Shown: positions 28,981 to 38,468 of the stretch, piece by piece
Layout of the letters: each line of letters starts with the position of its first letter
Numbering within the stretch: the stretch's first letter is position 1
Origin: a virus
IMG/VR virus record: IMGVR_UViG_3300044846_003365
Span: 15,719-79,718 of that record
DNA length: 64,000 bases
Strand: one strand, 5' to 3'
The notes under the pieces: generated by a model
The model's input: only the letters and a program-made list of their open reading frames with translations
Told to the model about the DNA's origin: nothing
Databases searched by the model: none
Position numbers and translations under genes: made by a program

Positions 28981-29374
28981 AAGAGTTAGAGAAACCTCTC
29001 TCAGTATTTTTTCTCTATCTTTATCAGAAATCTGAATCTTCTTCTCCTAGTTGCCCACTAGATATAAAAGCAAAAGCGAAAAGTGTTAGGAAAACTAATG
29101 CGGTAGTTAGGAACAAACCCAAAAGCATAAACCCAACTAGAATCCAAAACCAAAGTTCCATAGTTATCTTTCCTAAAACTTACTTTCGTAAGCCTTCTCA
29201 ATCTGAGCTTCTAGTTTCCTTTCCCAAGCTAGAACTCTTTCTTCCTTACAAGACAAGCAAATCTGTCGTGTCTGGTGCTTCGCCATAGCTGGAACTAGAG
29301 TTTGTTCTCCGCACTCGTAGCAAGCAATCAAAACTTTATTTTCCATACTCATCTCCTTTTCGAGATAAGTATAG

Positions 29375-29629
29375 CTAAATCAGCGGTATTTGTCCAGCGC
29401 GACGCGCAAACTCTGTTTCAATGTTTTTAGCAAGCCAAGCGTAGTCGCCCTTAGACGCAACCTCAGCCTGCTCAACAAAGTCAAGAGCAACTGCCAAATC
29501 AACCAACAGTTCTGTCGGCATCTCTAATTCATTTTGGACATCTAGCACGCCAGAAGTTCCCTGCTTGTCATAATCTCCAAGCAAAGCCATAATTTCTGCG
29601 TCAGACATCTCCGCAATGTTTTTATTCAT
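29375..29629 (-). CDS. Hypothetical protein
   Basis: GAAGGA RBS; 84 aa. Confidence 0.6.
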   Translation of the reverse strand: MNKNIAEMSDAEIMALLGDYDKQGTSGVLDVQNELEMPTELLVDLAVALDFVEQAEVASKGDYAWLAKNIETEFARRAGQIPLI

Positions 29630-29742
29630 CTCAGTCCTTCTTCGAACACAACAACTTTATTCTACCACGCGTGGAAGAACTCTTACCCTTCCCGGATGGC
29701 AAAGAAGAAAGCGGGAAGACCTGAGTCGTCCCGCATCATCTT

Positions 29743-30066
29743 TTACTGATAAAGAAAGCCACCATAGGGGTCAGCCTTCTCCAAAGCCAACTCGAACTGA
29801 GTGTTCAAGTTGTATTTCGTAGCCCAACCTGTCTTCACCTTCGCAGGTGCTTTCCAAGTCGCAGCTTTTATCAAGTCCCCAGTTTCCTTCTCAACGAAGG
29901 CAAATACAGACCTGCTTCCCAAGTTCTCGTAGCCTCGCAGGTTGGAAGAAATAACAATCTTGTCAAACTTCCTACCTGACTCAACTTCGAGCTTGTAGAA
30001 GTGGCTTCCTTCTTCGGCATTGAACTTTTGCTCAACGGCAGAGCAGTAATCCCAAGCTACGGACAT
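29743..30066 (-). CDS. Conserved phage hypothetical protein
   Basis: GRKFDKIV...SVFAFVEKETGDLIKAATWKAPAK motif recalled from many phages. Confidence 0.7.
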   Translation of the reverse strand: MSVAWDYCSAVEQKFNAEEGSHFYKLEVESGRKFDKIVISSNLRGYENLGSRSVFAFVEKETGDLIKAATWKAPAKVKTGWATKYNLNTQFELALEKADPYGGFLYQ

Positions 30067-30248
30067 TAGGCTACAACAATCGTTCCAGTTAGAGACCAGC
30101 TCACCTTAGCCCTCTTGTCGCCTTCAAGACCCTTTAGAGTTGCCTCTAATACTTCCTGAGCCTTCTCGTAGCTGTGAACTTCATAAATCGGCTCTATTGT
30201 CCCAGTTGCGCTCTGAATTTTTATTGCTATTGAATTTATATTTACCAT
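30066..30248 (-). CDS. Hypothetical protein
   Basis: AGAAAGGA RBS; coupled to the next gene by TAATG. Confidence 0.6.
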   Translation of the reverse strand: MVNINSIAIKIQSATGTIEPIYEVHSYEKAQEVLEATLKGLEGDKRAKVSWSLTGTIVVA

Positions 30249-30359
30249 TTGTTTCCTTTCTCTCGGTATCTATACTATAAAGCTTTTTTAGCTTTTTGTC
30301 AAGTTTATTTGGGAAAAAGAAAACCCCGCATCTCTGCGGGGTAATCTTATGGTCAGTCT

Positions 30360-30995
30360 TTATTCGGTAGCTAAGATACGGGTATAAGTTATCTCCCCGT
30401 AAACAGCCCCGAACTCGGAAATTGACCTGTAAGAAGTCGTTTGACCAGGCCTACCTATATGTATCATCACATCTGGGGAAATGTAAATGCCAATATGTCC
30501 TGCTGTGTCGGCGTTATGACCAAATGCCACTAAGTCTCCACGCATAGGACTATCAACTCTTACTCCAGAGTTTTTCTGAGAGCTAGCTCCGTGATATAGT
30601 TCCACACCTAGACCTCCATAAAACCACTTCACCATGCCAGAACAGTCCCAGCCTCCCGGAGTGCTTCCGCCGAAGACATACCATGTCTTCCCTACTTGCG
30701 CTTCCAAAAGGCGAATTCGCTCTTCCATGGCTATCTTGTTTTTATAGGCATCTTCTCTGTGTTTCTTTAGAGCTACCTCAGCGATGATTCTTTGTCTCTC
30801 AGCCTCTTCTTCCTCAATCATCTGAGCGATATATTCTTCACTCATAAAGGAAGGGGAAGGCTCCATAGCTCCCATCATGTACGATGTGCTACTAATCGTT
30901 GCGTCATTGGTTTCTATTGGTTTTTCCTCCACTACAGCAGCTACTGCTCCAGTAGTGAGAGAAAGGGTGATACTTGATGATATCAACCATCTCAT
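30360..30995 (-). CDS. Secreted NlpC/P60 peptidoglycan endopeptidase
   Basis: Signal-like N-terminus, coiled coil, YVFGGSTPGGWDCSG..GDLVAF..GHIGIY. Confidence 0.85.
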   Translation of the reverse strand: MRWLISSSITLSLTTGAVAAVVEEKPIETNDATISSTSYMMGAMEPSPSFMSEEYIAQMIEEEEAERQRIIAEVALKKHREDAYKNKIAMEERIRLLEAQVGKTWYVFGGSTPGGWDCSGMVKWFYGGLGVELYHGASSQKNSGVRVDSPMRGDLVAFGHNADTAGHIGIYISPDVMIHIGRPGQTTSYRSISEFGAVYGEITYTRILATE

Positions 30996-31298
30996 TTGCG
31001 CCTACCTTTCCTTTGAGAGTAATTTCTCGGCGTTTATTGGTTTGGTTCTCCCAATCTTGTATTCAGTTATAAACGACTTCATCTCTGAAGTCGTGTTTAT
31101 ATTTTACCTCACCTAGCTTCTTTTTTCAAGTTTGAACCCCCAAATCTGACAAAAAATCTTCCTAGATGCTAGTAAAACACTAGAAAGTAAGGAAAAACCC
31201 CTTTTGTTTCGAGTTTGGGCGTTTTGCGCGTGGAAAAAGACAGACCCTTCCCGGTCCCTCCTCCAGGGCCTGGAAGAAGAATTACATAAGAAAAAACC

Positions 31299-31499
31299 CT
31301 AAGAGTCGAAATCTCTTAGGGCTTGTCGCTCGCTGGCGTTGCGAGTTCTAGCTCGCTTCTCTCGCCTATTGGCGTGAGAGCCATTAGCACCTGAGCTATT
31401 ACGCTGAACTAATAGCGTGTGTAGCTGAAATGCCTCAGCCTTGCGTCTAGCATCATTTACTAAACCCAGCGACTGCTTCTTTTTCTTTGCCATACTCAC
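31299..31499 (-). CDS. Small basic hypothetical protein
   Basis: GAAAGGTGG RBS; Arg-rich C-terminus. Confidence 0.55.
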   Translation of the reverse strand: MSMAKKKKQSLGLVNDARRKAEAFQLHTLLVQRNSSGANGSHANRREKRARTRNASERQALRDFDS

Positions 31500-31964
31500 A
31501 CACCACCTTTCTAATAATTAGCGTATCCGTTGGCTACCCGTCTATAATAACACACTACACACCCACCCGTCAAGTCCTGTGGCGTGTGTGGCAAAGGGGC
31601 GTGCCGTCAAGTAGTAAAGGGCGTGCCGTCAAAAAGGGTTGCCCCCCACTAAGTATCGAGAAAGAAAACCTTAGTGAGGGGCGTGCCGTTGGGAAAAAGT
31701 GGTGGAACCCAACGGCGGTTGGTTGCGTGGCTATGGGGGATAGCAAACCGCAACCAAGTCTATTTAGTAATTTTCATCTACCCAATCAATTACATCTTGT
31801 AGCTTATCGGCTGAACTGACAAACTTTAGGAACTCGCCGTCTTCCATTAGCAAGCTGGACATTACCGTTGTTGCGCTTTCTACTTCTCCAAGCACCACCC
31901 GTAGGCTCAGCGTGCTTAGCAGTTGTCCCGTTGAAATCATTTTATTCCTTTCGTCATTTATATT

Positions 31965-32252
31965 CTACACCCGTGCCGTTGAATTGTCAAGTTCAACTTC
32001 CCAAGAGTAAGGAACCCGAAGCTCTTCTCTTTCCATAAGCAAGCCCGCCTCTTGAACAATTACATAGCTCGGCACATCAAGAGCGTAAGCTATGTTCTCA
32101 ACTATGTCTGAGGAAGCTTCTTTCTTGCCTCGCTCAACTTCGCTGAGATACCCAAGAGAAATGTTTGACTTAGTAGACAACTGCCTAAGAGTCATACCAA
32201 TCCTGTTCCTACGCAAGTGAACTATGTGTCCAATAGATTCGTGTAATCTCAC
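31965..32252 (-). CDS. XRE-family regulator, ClgR-like
   Basis: TLRQLSTKSNISLGYLSEVERGKKEASS closely resembles the actinobacterial ClgR HTH. Confidence 0.8.
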   Translation of the reverse strand: MRLHESIGHIVHLRRNRIGMTLRQLSTKSNISLGYLSEVERGKKEASSDIVENIAYALDVPSYVIVQEAGLLMEREELRVPYSWEVELDNSTARV

Positions 32253-32623
32253 TCGACAATCCTTTCATTTCCGTATTCTGCTTGTAGAACTTTTGCTTGC
32301 CCAATCGCATCATCTAGCGAGTGGTAAGGCTCGGAATAATATTCCGAATCCTTGCTGTCCATAACCTCGAACCAAGAGTTGTTTACCCAAGTAAACATCT
32401 CTTCTCCTAAAGCGTGAAACTTTTCTAAATCTTCATCTGTCTTTACGCCAATACCTTCGAGCTGGTCTGTGTAGCGAATTACAATCTGGCTCTCCAAGTC
32501 TGGAGAGTAGTGAATACGCATCTCGCCATTACGAATAACATAAAAGCGTGGCTGTTCGGAATCTTGCCAAACTAGCTCGTGCCCTGCTTCGTTCGTGTAG
32601 AACGATGAGTCTTGTCTAATCAA
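32249..32623 (-). CDS. Hypothetical protein
   Basis: Acidic early-region ORF with overlapping neighbours. Confidence 0.65.
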   Translation of the reverse strand: MIRQDSSFYTNEAGHELVWQDSEQPRFYVIRNGEMRIHYSPDLESQIVIRYTDQLEGIGVKTDEDLEKFHALGEEMFTWVNNSWFEVMDSKDSEYYSEPYHSLDDAIGQAKVLQAEYGNERIVE

Positions 32624-32900
32624 CTTCTTCCTCCCTAATCAAAATGAAATCGTTTGGTGTTGTTTCTTCGCTGTAATACTCGTCAATAGTTTCGCCTCTG
32701 TGCTTGTGGACATAAGCAAATACCCAACTATCAAACGCATACCAATCCTTGTCATCACTTAGCAAGCCACTATCCAAAGCTTCATCTTCTTCTTTGGTGT
32801 TGATAATTCCTATGTTTACGGCAACAGGAGCCTTGTCCTTCGGGTCGTCAAGAAATCTCATATACGCCCCAACTACTTCAATGTCGTCTGGTGTAATCAT
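32616..32900 (-). CDS. Hypothetical protein
   Basis: AGAAAGGA RBS and promoter upstream. Confidence 0.65.
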   Translation of the reverse strand: MITPDDIEVVGAYMRFLDDPKDKAPVAVNIGIINTKEEDEALDSGLLSDDKDWYAFDSWVFAYVHKHRGETIDEYYSEETTPNDFILIREEEVD

Positions 32901-32938
32901 TATTGTCCTTTCTCTAAAACAATTTTATCAGGTATAAA

Positions 32939-33184
32939 CTAATTTGTCAAGTTGTATGACTGAAGCAAGCTCGCGAGCGCGTCCTCTCGCTCAACAAACT
33001 TTTCCCTAAGGTCTTCGTTGTCTCGATAGCTTAGCCAGTTGTTGCTCAGCTCGTCCCAAGCTACTTCGGAATCAAACTTTGCGTCCAAGGTGTCAGGGTC
33101 TACTCCCCAAGCGTTGCTTGACTCGTCCCACCTAACTACAAAGTGATACTGAATACTTTTTCCTGTTGCTATTGCGTTTGTCAT
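32939..33184 (-). CDS. Hypothetical protein
   Basis: ATGA overlap with the upstream gene. Confidence 0.6.
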   Translation of the reverse strand: MTNAIATGKSIQYHFVVRWDESSNAWGVDPDTLDAKFDSEVAWDELSNNWLSYRDNEDLREKFVEREDALASLLQSYNLTN

Positions 33185-33456
33185 ACTCTAATTTCCTCTC
33201 CTTGGTCGTTTACTACTACAAACTGATTCTCTAAAGCTATGTATCCATCGTGGCTAGTTGTGTCCTCGACATAGTCGATGGCATTACTACGCACATACTC
33301 TAGAAACAATTCCTCATCGAACAGGTCTGTTCCATTGTCGGCAAGTATTTCTAAATACTGCTCTAGAGTTTGCTTGGTGTCCCAAGTCAAAGTTAGTTGG
33401 GCATTTATTGTCTGCCCAACCTTTTTTACAAATTCATTTACAATCTTGTCTGACAT
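33181..33456 (-). CDS. Hypothetical protein
   Basis: GAAAGGAG RBS. Confidence 0.6.
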   Translation of the reverse strand: MSDKIVNEFVKKVGQTINAQLTLTWDTKQTLEQYLEILADNGTDLFDEELFLEYVRSNAIDYVEDTTSHDGYIALENQFVVVNDQGEEIRV

Positions 33457-33644
33457 TTGAACTCCTTTCTAAAGTTCGTGTGCTTCCCAGTCGCCAGTAA
33501 AACCTTCGGCTTCAGTTTCGTATTCGTCCTGTTGCCCATTAGTAATTACTTCGTAAGCTTTGTTATAAGCTTCATCTCTGTCCTTTGCCTCAACAGTTGT
33601 GGTGTGAAATACTGTTTCATAAATTCTCACTTCCCACTCAGCCA

Positions 33645-33896
33645 TTAGTCCTCGTCCTCTTCTTCTTCATCTGAAGACACAAGTCCATAAACATAATCGT
33701 TTACAGTTTCACGAGCATCGTCCCATAGACTTTCGTGGTCAAGGTCATCTGCTGTTTGGTCGAACTGCTCTGCTGTTGGGCTAGGTGTGCCATCAGCAAA
33801 TTCAAAATGCTCTGCCAGAAAATACTGAAAAATAATTGACTGGTCTTTGTCCTCAATCTGTTCCAACTGAGAAATCAAATCTTTTACTGTTGCCAT
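33645..33896 (-). CDS. Hypothetical protein
   Basis: GAAAGGA RBS with TTGACT/TATAAT promoter. Confidence 0.65.
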   Translation of the reverse strand: MATVKDLISQLEQIEDKDQSIIFQYFLAEHFEFADGTPSPTAEQFDQTADDLDHESLWDDARETVNDYVYGLVSSDEEEEDED

Positions 33897-33959
33897 TTGC
33901 TTTTCCTTTCGTAGTTGTTTTATTATAAAGGTGTTTGACTAAAAAGTCAAATCCATTTG

Positions 33960-34295
33960 CTAGGAAACCCCTAGCTTTTTGGTTGCGACTTCGTAGACTT
34001 TTTCTAGTCTTGTTCTGACTGAGTCGGCAAGTTTTAGGTCGTCCAGCATTTCGCCAAAGTGCCCTGTGATAACTTCCAAGTCATCGCCATCAAACTCTGC
34101 TTCCTCAAAGTGCCACCAAAGTCCATCATTACCAGTTAGCCCAGAAAACTCTGAGTCCAACATTTTCTTTAGGTAGTCTGACACTTGTTCGTCAGTTAGC
34201 TTGCTTGCGTGTTCGTTCTCCTCTGGATAGAACTCGAACTGAACATTTAGAATTACTTTTCTTTCAGTCATTAGTTCTCCTCCTCGACAGTCCAC
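33960..34295 (-). CDS. Hypothetical protein (probable start at MTERK)
   Basis: GAGGAGGAG RBS lies inside the listed ORF. Confidence 0.55.
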   Translation of the reverse strand: MDCRGGELMTERKVILNVQFEFYPEENEHASKLTDEQVSDYLKKMLDSEFSGLTGNDGLWWHFEEAEFDGDDLEVITGHFGEMLDDLKLADSVRTRLEKVYEVATKKLGVS

Positions 34296-34620
34296 TCAAC
34301 ATTGTCCCAGCTCACGCCATCAAGGTCATTACTTCTTCTTGACAGTAAGTCAATCAGCGTGTCAAGTTTTGTATCTAACGCCTTCAGGTCTTCGACATTT
34401 GTTGCGTAATAGTCGAAGGTAATTCTTCCGCTAAAATCTTTCATCTGCTTTTTCCTTCCTAGTTGTTAGCAAACTTTTTTATTGACTCTACTTGTTTGTC
34501 GTCATCGTGTTTCCAATAGTCTTCGCAACTATCGCAAATCTGATATTCTTTTTCTTCATCGAGAAACTTTATGTGGTGAGTTGCTGAGTCGAAGCAACCT
34601 GACATATCGCACTCGAACAT

Positions 34621-34998
34621 TTACTTACCTGCCTGCTGTGATAAGAATCTCGAAGCGTCAAAAGTAAAAGCAAGATGACTCTTCTCAAATACTCTGTCGT
34701 CCTCTAGGCACTCAGACAAAACTGAAACTCTTGCGAGCGCAAGTGAAACGCTAGGGTAGTATTCGACCCACTCGTTCACAACATAGTCAGTCCAAGTAAG
34801 CTTGTAAGACTTCTCTCCACCTTTGGGTAAGAACTCTGAAATCTCTACGCCACACTCGCCAAATAAATCTAATGAAATTTTTTCCATAACCACTTTCCTT
34901 CTTTCTGTCATTTTTGTTGCTTGTATAATAATACAGGCTAGCTTACCTTTTGTCAAGTAAGCTAGCCCGCATTTTTTAGTATTCTGAGTCGCTCTCAA
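34621..34998 (-). CDS. Hypothetical protein (true start internal, near MEKIS)
   Basis: Promoter and RBS lie inside the listed ORF. Confidence 0.55.
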   Translation of the reverse strand: MRATQNTKKCGLAYLTKGKLACIIIQATKMTERRKVVMEKISLDLFGECGVEISEFLPKGGEKSYKLTWTDYVVNEWVEYYPSVSLALARVSVLSECLEDDRVFEKSHLAFTFDASRFLSQQAGK

Positions 34999-35275
34999 TC
35001 CAAGCGTCTAGATGGTGATTCTCAACCAAAGCTCTTACTGGAGCTGTGTTGCTTCCTTTGTAGGAAGTGCCTTCTGGCAGTTCTACTTCGGAATCCCAGT
35101 CGCCAGCATTAGCTAGCTCAATAGCCTCGATACAAGGCTTGACCATAAACTTCGGAACTGGAGGATAGTGATTACCCTGTAAGTGCCACTCTATTTGTTG
35201 GCTTAGTGCCAACTCGCTTGAGGCGATATCAACTGCTGTTCTGAATCCCATTGGAGTCCTTTCTTTAGACTCCAT
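34976..35275 (-). CDS. Conserved actinophage hypothetical protein
   Basis: WHLQGNHYPPVP..CIEAI..HHLDAW motif. Confidence 0.7.
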   Translation of the reverse strand: MESKERTPMGFRTAVDIASSELALSQQIEWHLQGNHYPPVPKFMVKPCIEAIELANAGDWDSEVELPEGTSYKGSNTAPVRALVENHHLDAWIESDSEY

Positions 35276-35310
35276 AAGGATAACAAACTATTTGGTAAAA
35301 GTCAAATCTA

Positions 35311-35586
35311 TTACTTGACAACTTTCATTGTTGAAAAGTCTGGCTTCGCCTTTAGCTCACCAATAATGTTGTCGTGTCCTTCGGCAAAGTTCTCTCTGCT
35401 GTCTGACTTAGCAAACAGTCCAGCAAAGGCACTAGAGGCAATCTGACGAGCTTCGCCATCAGTTTCAGACTCTACTTCCAGCTCAACTACAATCTGAACC
35501 TTGCGAACCTTCTTCTCGAAGCCACCTTCGAAATCTTCTTTTTTAGCCATAAGTATCAACTCCTTTTTATCGAACTTATCTAACAA
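35311..35586 (-). CDS. Hypothetical protein
   Basis: AAGGAG RBS before MAKKE. Confidence 0.55.
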   Translation of the reverse strand: MLDKFDKKELILMAKKEDFEGGFEKKVRKVQIVVELEVESETDGEARQIASSAFAGLFAKSDSRENFAEGHDNIIGELKAKPDFSTMKVVK

Positions 35587-35719
35587 TTAGTTTACACGCA
35601 AAAACGAGATGCGTCAAGGTCGCAGTTGCGTGGAAAAAACCCTACCCTTCGACACGAGCGACCTTCGCATTTTCGGGAAAAGAAAAACCCCCAGCTTTCG
35701 CTGGGGGCTTTCGCTAGAA

Positions 35720-36013
35720 CTATCTTGCGACTTTTACAAAGTCGTAATCAGTTGTGTAGCGAGTTGCTTCGTAGACCTCTGGGAAGTCGGTAGCCAACTT
35801 CTTTGAGTCTACATAGGTGTTGGTTCGTGATACCAACTTGAAAGCCACTACGCCACCAAAGGTAGCCTCTGTGGACTGACCTAGAAGCTGACGCAACTTA
35901 GCCTCTGAGTCCTTCTTGAGAGCCTCTGCCTTGTCTGCCAAAGCCTTAGCCTCCACGAAGTCTGCTAGAGCCTTGCGAGCCTCTGAGTTGAAACCAAGTT
36001 CTAATGAACTCAT
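35720..36013 (-). CDS. Coiled-coil protein resembling the C-terminus of YqaJ-type recombinases
   Basis: Start MSSLEL at 36013 after a structured leader; DSKKLATDFPEVYE motif. Confidence 0.55.
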   Translation of the reverse strand: MSSLELGFNSEARKALADFVEAKALADKAEALKKDSEAKLRQLLGQSTEATFGGVVAFKLVSRTNTYVDSKKLATDFPEVYEATRYTTDYDFVKVAR

Positions 36014-36197
36014 ATGAAACACCACTTTCGAAAGTTTCAGACTTTTCAGTCTGGGTCGCTGGAGAAGTCCTTTTGACTTCTTTCCCAACTAATACAACTA
36101 TAAAGCATACCTACGACATTTGTCAAGTTCATTTGAACTTTTTTTATAACAGTTTGATAACGGAAACCCCGCCCGAAAGCGGGGCTTCCAAATCAAG

Positions 36198-36404
36198 CTA
36201 GGACACTACTTGGTAGTCCACAGTAGGCACAACAGAGCTGGCATAAACGCCTAGCTCGTAGATACCAGCGTGTCGAACTGCCAAGGACTGAGCATCCTCA
36301 CCCTGAAAAGTTTTGTTCTCGCTTGGAAAGTCGTGAACCAAAACTGTCCACACACCAGCTTCCTCGAAAACTGAAACTCGCTTGCTCGCATATGAATTGA
36401 CCAT
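36198..36404 (-). CDS. Hypothetical protein
   Basis: GAAAGGTGG RBS after a structured leader. Confidence 0.6.
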   Translation of the reverse strand: MVNSYASKRVSVFEEAGVWTVLVHDFPSENKTFQGEDAQSLAVRHAGIYELGVYASSVVPTVDYQVVS

Positions 36405-36688
36405 ATACTCGACCACCTTTCGACCACTAGGGTCTTAGAGCTGGAGAGCTTCTTGTGAAACTCGTTCCCAACTTTGCTACTCCTATATTTTACCAGCAGC
36501 CTACGACATTTTTACTATAAAACAAAAAAATATTTATAACAGTTTGATAACGGAAAAGTTTGTGATTTTAGCACGACCCACTGACATTTCTGAAACTTTT
36601 ACATAAGCCAAAGGGTCTAAGTTTTTCCACGCAGGAGGTTTCCAAAAAAAAATGCCAACCCTTTCGGGCTGGCACTCTTTTCTATTTC

Positions 36689-37339
36689 TTAGAGAACTTT
36701 GTAAAGGTTATACTCGTCAGTTTTATCCCAGTCTACATTTCCTTCTTCGTCTAGGACAGCACCAGCGTTCTTGTAATCTTCGGAAGTAATCTCTCTGTAA
36801 GTGTCGGAAAGTATTTCCCCACCTTCAATCTCAGCCCTACCAAAGAAAGCCATACCTTCTTCGGCATACTGATAAATTATTCTTACATCATAGACTTCAG
36901 AAAGTCGTCTAAAGAACTCTAAAGCTGGACTCCACGCAGTAGAAGAACCAATCCCAAGACTGAACTTTCCATTACCCAAATCTGTAATCTCGGTAATTGA
37001 AACTCCACCAAGTTGGTCTAAGTCCCACTTAGTTCCCCAGTTTCCGATATTCCAGTCATACCAGTTGTCAAAAGTTCCAGAAGAGCCTTTAGCCCACTCC
37101 AAAGTCTTTTGCTCGATAGACTTAGTTTTATCTTCTTCTACACCAATAAAGTTTGGTGTTGGGAAAAAGTTATCAAAAGAAAAGATGTTCGGCTTCTCTT
37201 CAAACTTTTCGTAGTTCATAATTTCTTTGTTCCAGTCGCTTCCAATTTTGAAAGTTCCTTCAGCACCCTTTGCCAATATTGTTTCTAGGGTTTCTTTGTC
37301 CCCAATAATATCAACATCTAAATCACACCAGTTTGGCAT
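36689..37339 (-). CDS. DUF1281/YubB-like protein
   Basis: MPNWC...WYDWNIGNWGTKWD...TAWSP...YAEEGMAFFG. Confidence 0.75.
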   Translation of the reverse strand: MPNWCDLDVDIIGDKETLETILAKGAEGTFKIGSDWNKEIMNYEKFEEKPNIFSFDNFFPTPNFIGVEEDKTKSIEQKTLEWAKGSSGTFDNWYDWNIGNWGTKWDLDQLGGVSITEITDLGNGKFSLGIGSSTAWSPALEFFRRLSEVYDVRIIYQYAEEGMAFFGRAEIEGGEILSDTYREITSEDYKNAGAVLDEEGNVDWDKTDEYNLYKVL

Positions 37340-37480
37340 ATTAGTTTCCTTCTTTCTCTGTAATTGCTATTTCGAGTTTGGTTATGTTTGCTATCGCTTG
37401 GTCAAACTCTTCCCAAGTTTCAAATGTCAAAGTAATCATTTTTTCCTTCCTCGTATTTCTATTATAGAGCTTTTTTCAAA

Positions 37481-37738
37481 TTAGTCAAGTTCATAATCAT
37501 AATCTTCGTAATTCGCTTCTTCGTAATCTCTTTTGTCTTCGGCAGTCGAGCTACGGAAATGAACCACGCCACAAAACTCGCACTCCACTTCGTAGTTGCC
37601 CCAGTCGTCAGTTGCGGAAAGATTTGCTTCATTAGTTTTTCCGCACTCTTCGTTTCCGCAAACAAACTCGTCATACGGAACTTCTACTGAATAAATACCA
37701 GACCCCATCATTGAACCTGCTGGATAATTGCTTGACAT
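37481..37738 (-). CDS. Zinc-ribbon hypothetical protein
   Basis: CxxxxC...CxxC pattern; SNYPAG N-terminus. Confidence 0.6.
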   Translation of the reverse strand: MSSNYPAGSMMGSGIYSVEVPYDEFVCGNEECGKTNEANLSATDDWGNYEVECEFCGVVHFRSSTAEDKRDYEEANYEDYDYELD

Positions 37739-37761
37739 TTTTTCCTTTCTTATTTCTTGGT

Positions 37762-37974
37762 CTACAAGTAGCAATCGCTACACTTAGGGCTTCGCTCTAA
37801 GCTCTGAATCCACTCGTGAGTTTCTTGGTTTACTGTGTATTCGCCACCACACTTGTAGCAAGTAAAGTCATATCTAACTTCACCCTTTGGGGCTACTCTG
37901 CGATTACCACGCAAAGCCAAGTCGTTTAGTTCCTGCTCGCTTAGTTCAGGATTCTCTTTTGCTAATCTACTCAT
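37762..37974 (-). CDS. Zinc-ribbon hypothetical protein
   Basis: CYKC...CSDC; GAAAGGA RBS. Confidence 0.6.
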   Translation of the reverse strand: MSRLAKENPELSEQELNDLALRGNRRVAPKGEVRYDFTCYKCGGEYTVNQETHEWIQSLERSPKCSDCYL

Positions 37975-38137
37975 TTGTTTCCTTTCGTTAGTATTCAGTA
38001 TAAAGCTACCTACTGACATTTGTCAAGTTGTTAGGTAATTCTTTTCTTCGTGTTTAGAAACTACACCCACCCACCGACATTTTTGGAATTGTCAAAGGGT
38101 AGCTCTTTTTTCACGCAGACCCCCCGAAGAAAAAGTT

Positions 38138-38239
38138 GAGCAGTTTTACAACTTGCTCAGGTTGTTATTCCTGTATACCTCACCAATAGAGGTGTTTAGG
38201 AAACTTAGGTAAGCCTTTTTACAACTTGCTCAGGTTGTT
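38138..38239 (-). repeat. Two copies of a 23-bp repeat with H-type pseudoknot potential
   Basis: TTTTACAACTTGCTCAGGTTGTT is identical at 38144-38166 and 38217-38239. Confidence 0.8.
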
Positions 38240-38468
38240 TTGTTCGCTTCAGCTTTAGAGTCTTGCGACGCAGTATTTGGGCGAACAAAGCTTTATTACT
38301 TTTCAGCTTCAATAGCTAAAGCAGTTTCCCACTTTTTGCTATCGTAAGCTTCGTCAAACCTTTTGTAATCTTCGCTTGACCAATCTTTCGTGTCAATCAG
38401 AAGAATCTTCCCGTGTCCATAGCTTTCGTCGTCAGCTATCCAAAGCGTGTTAGGTGAAAGTTCTTTTA

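Noticed and set aside
38138-38239. 23-bp repeats as a mini CRISPR array
   Set aside because: Only two copies, the spacer is itself a hairpin, and there are no cas genes.
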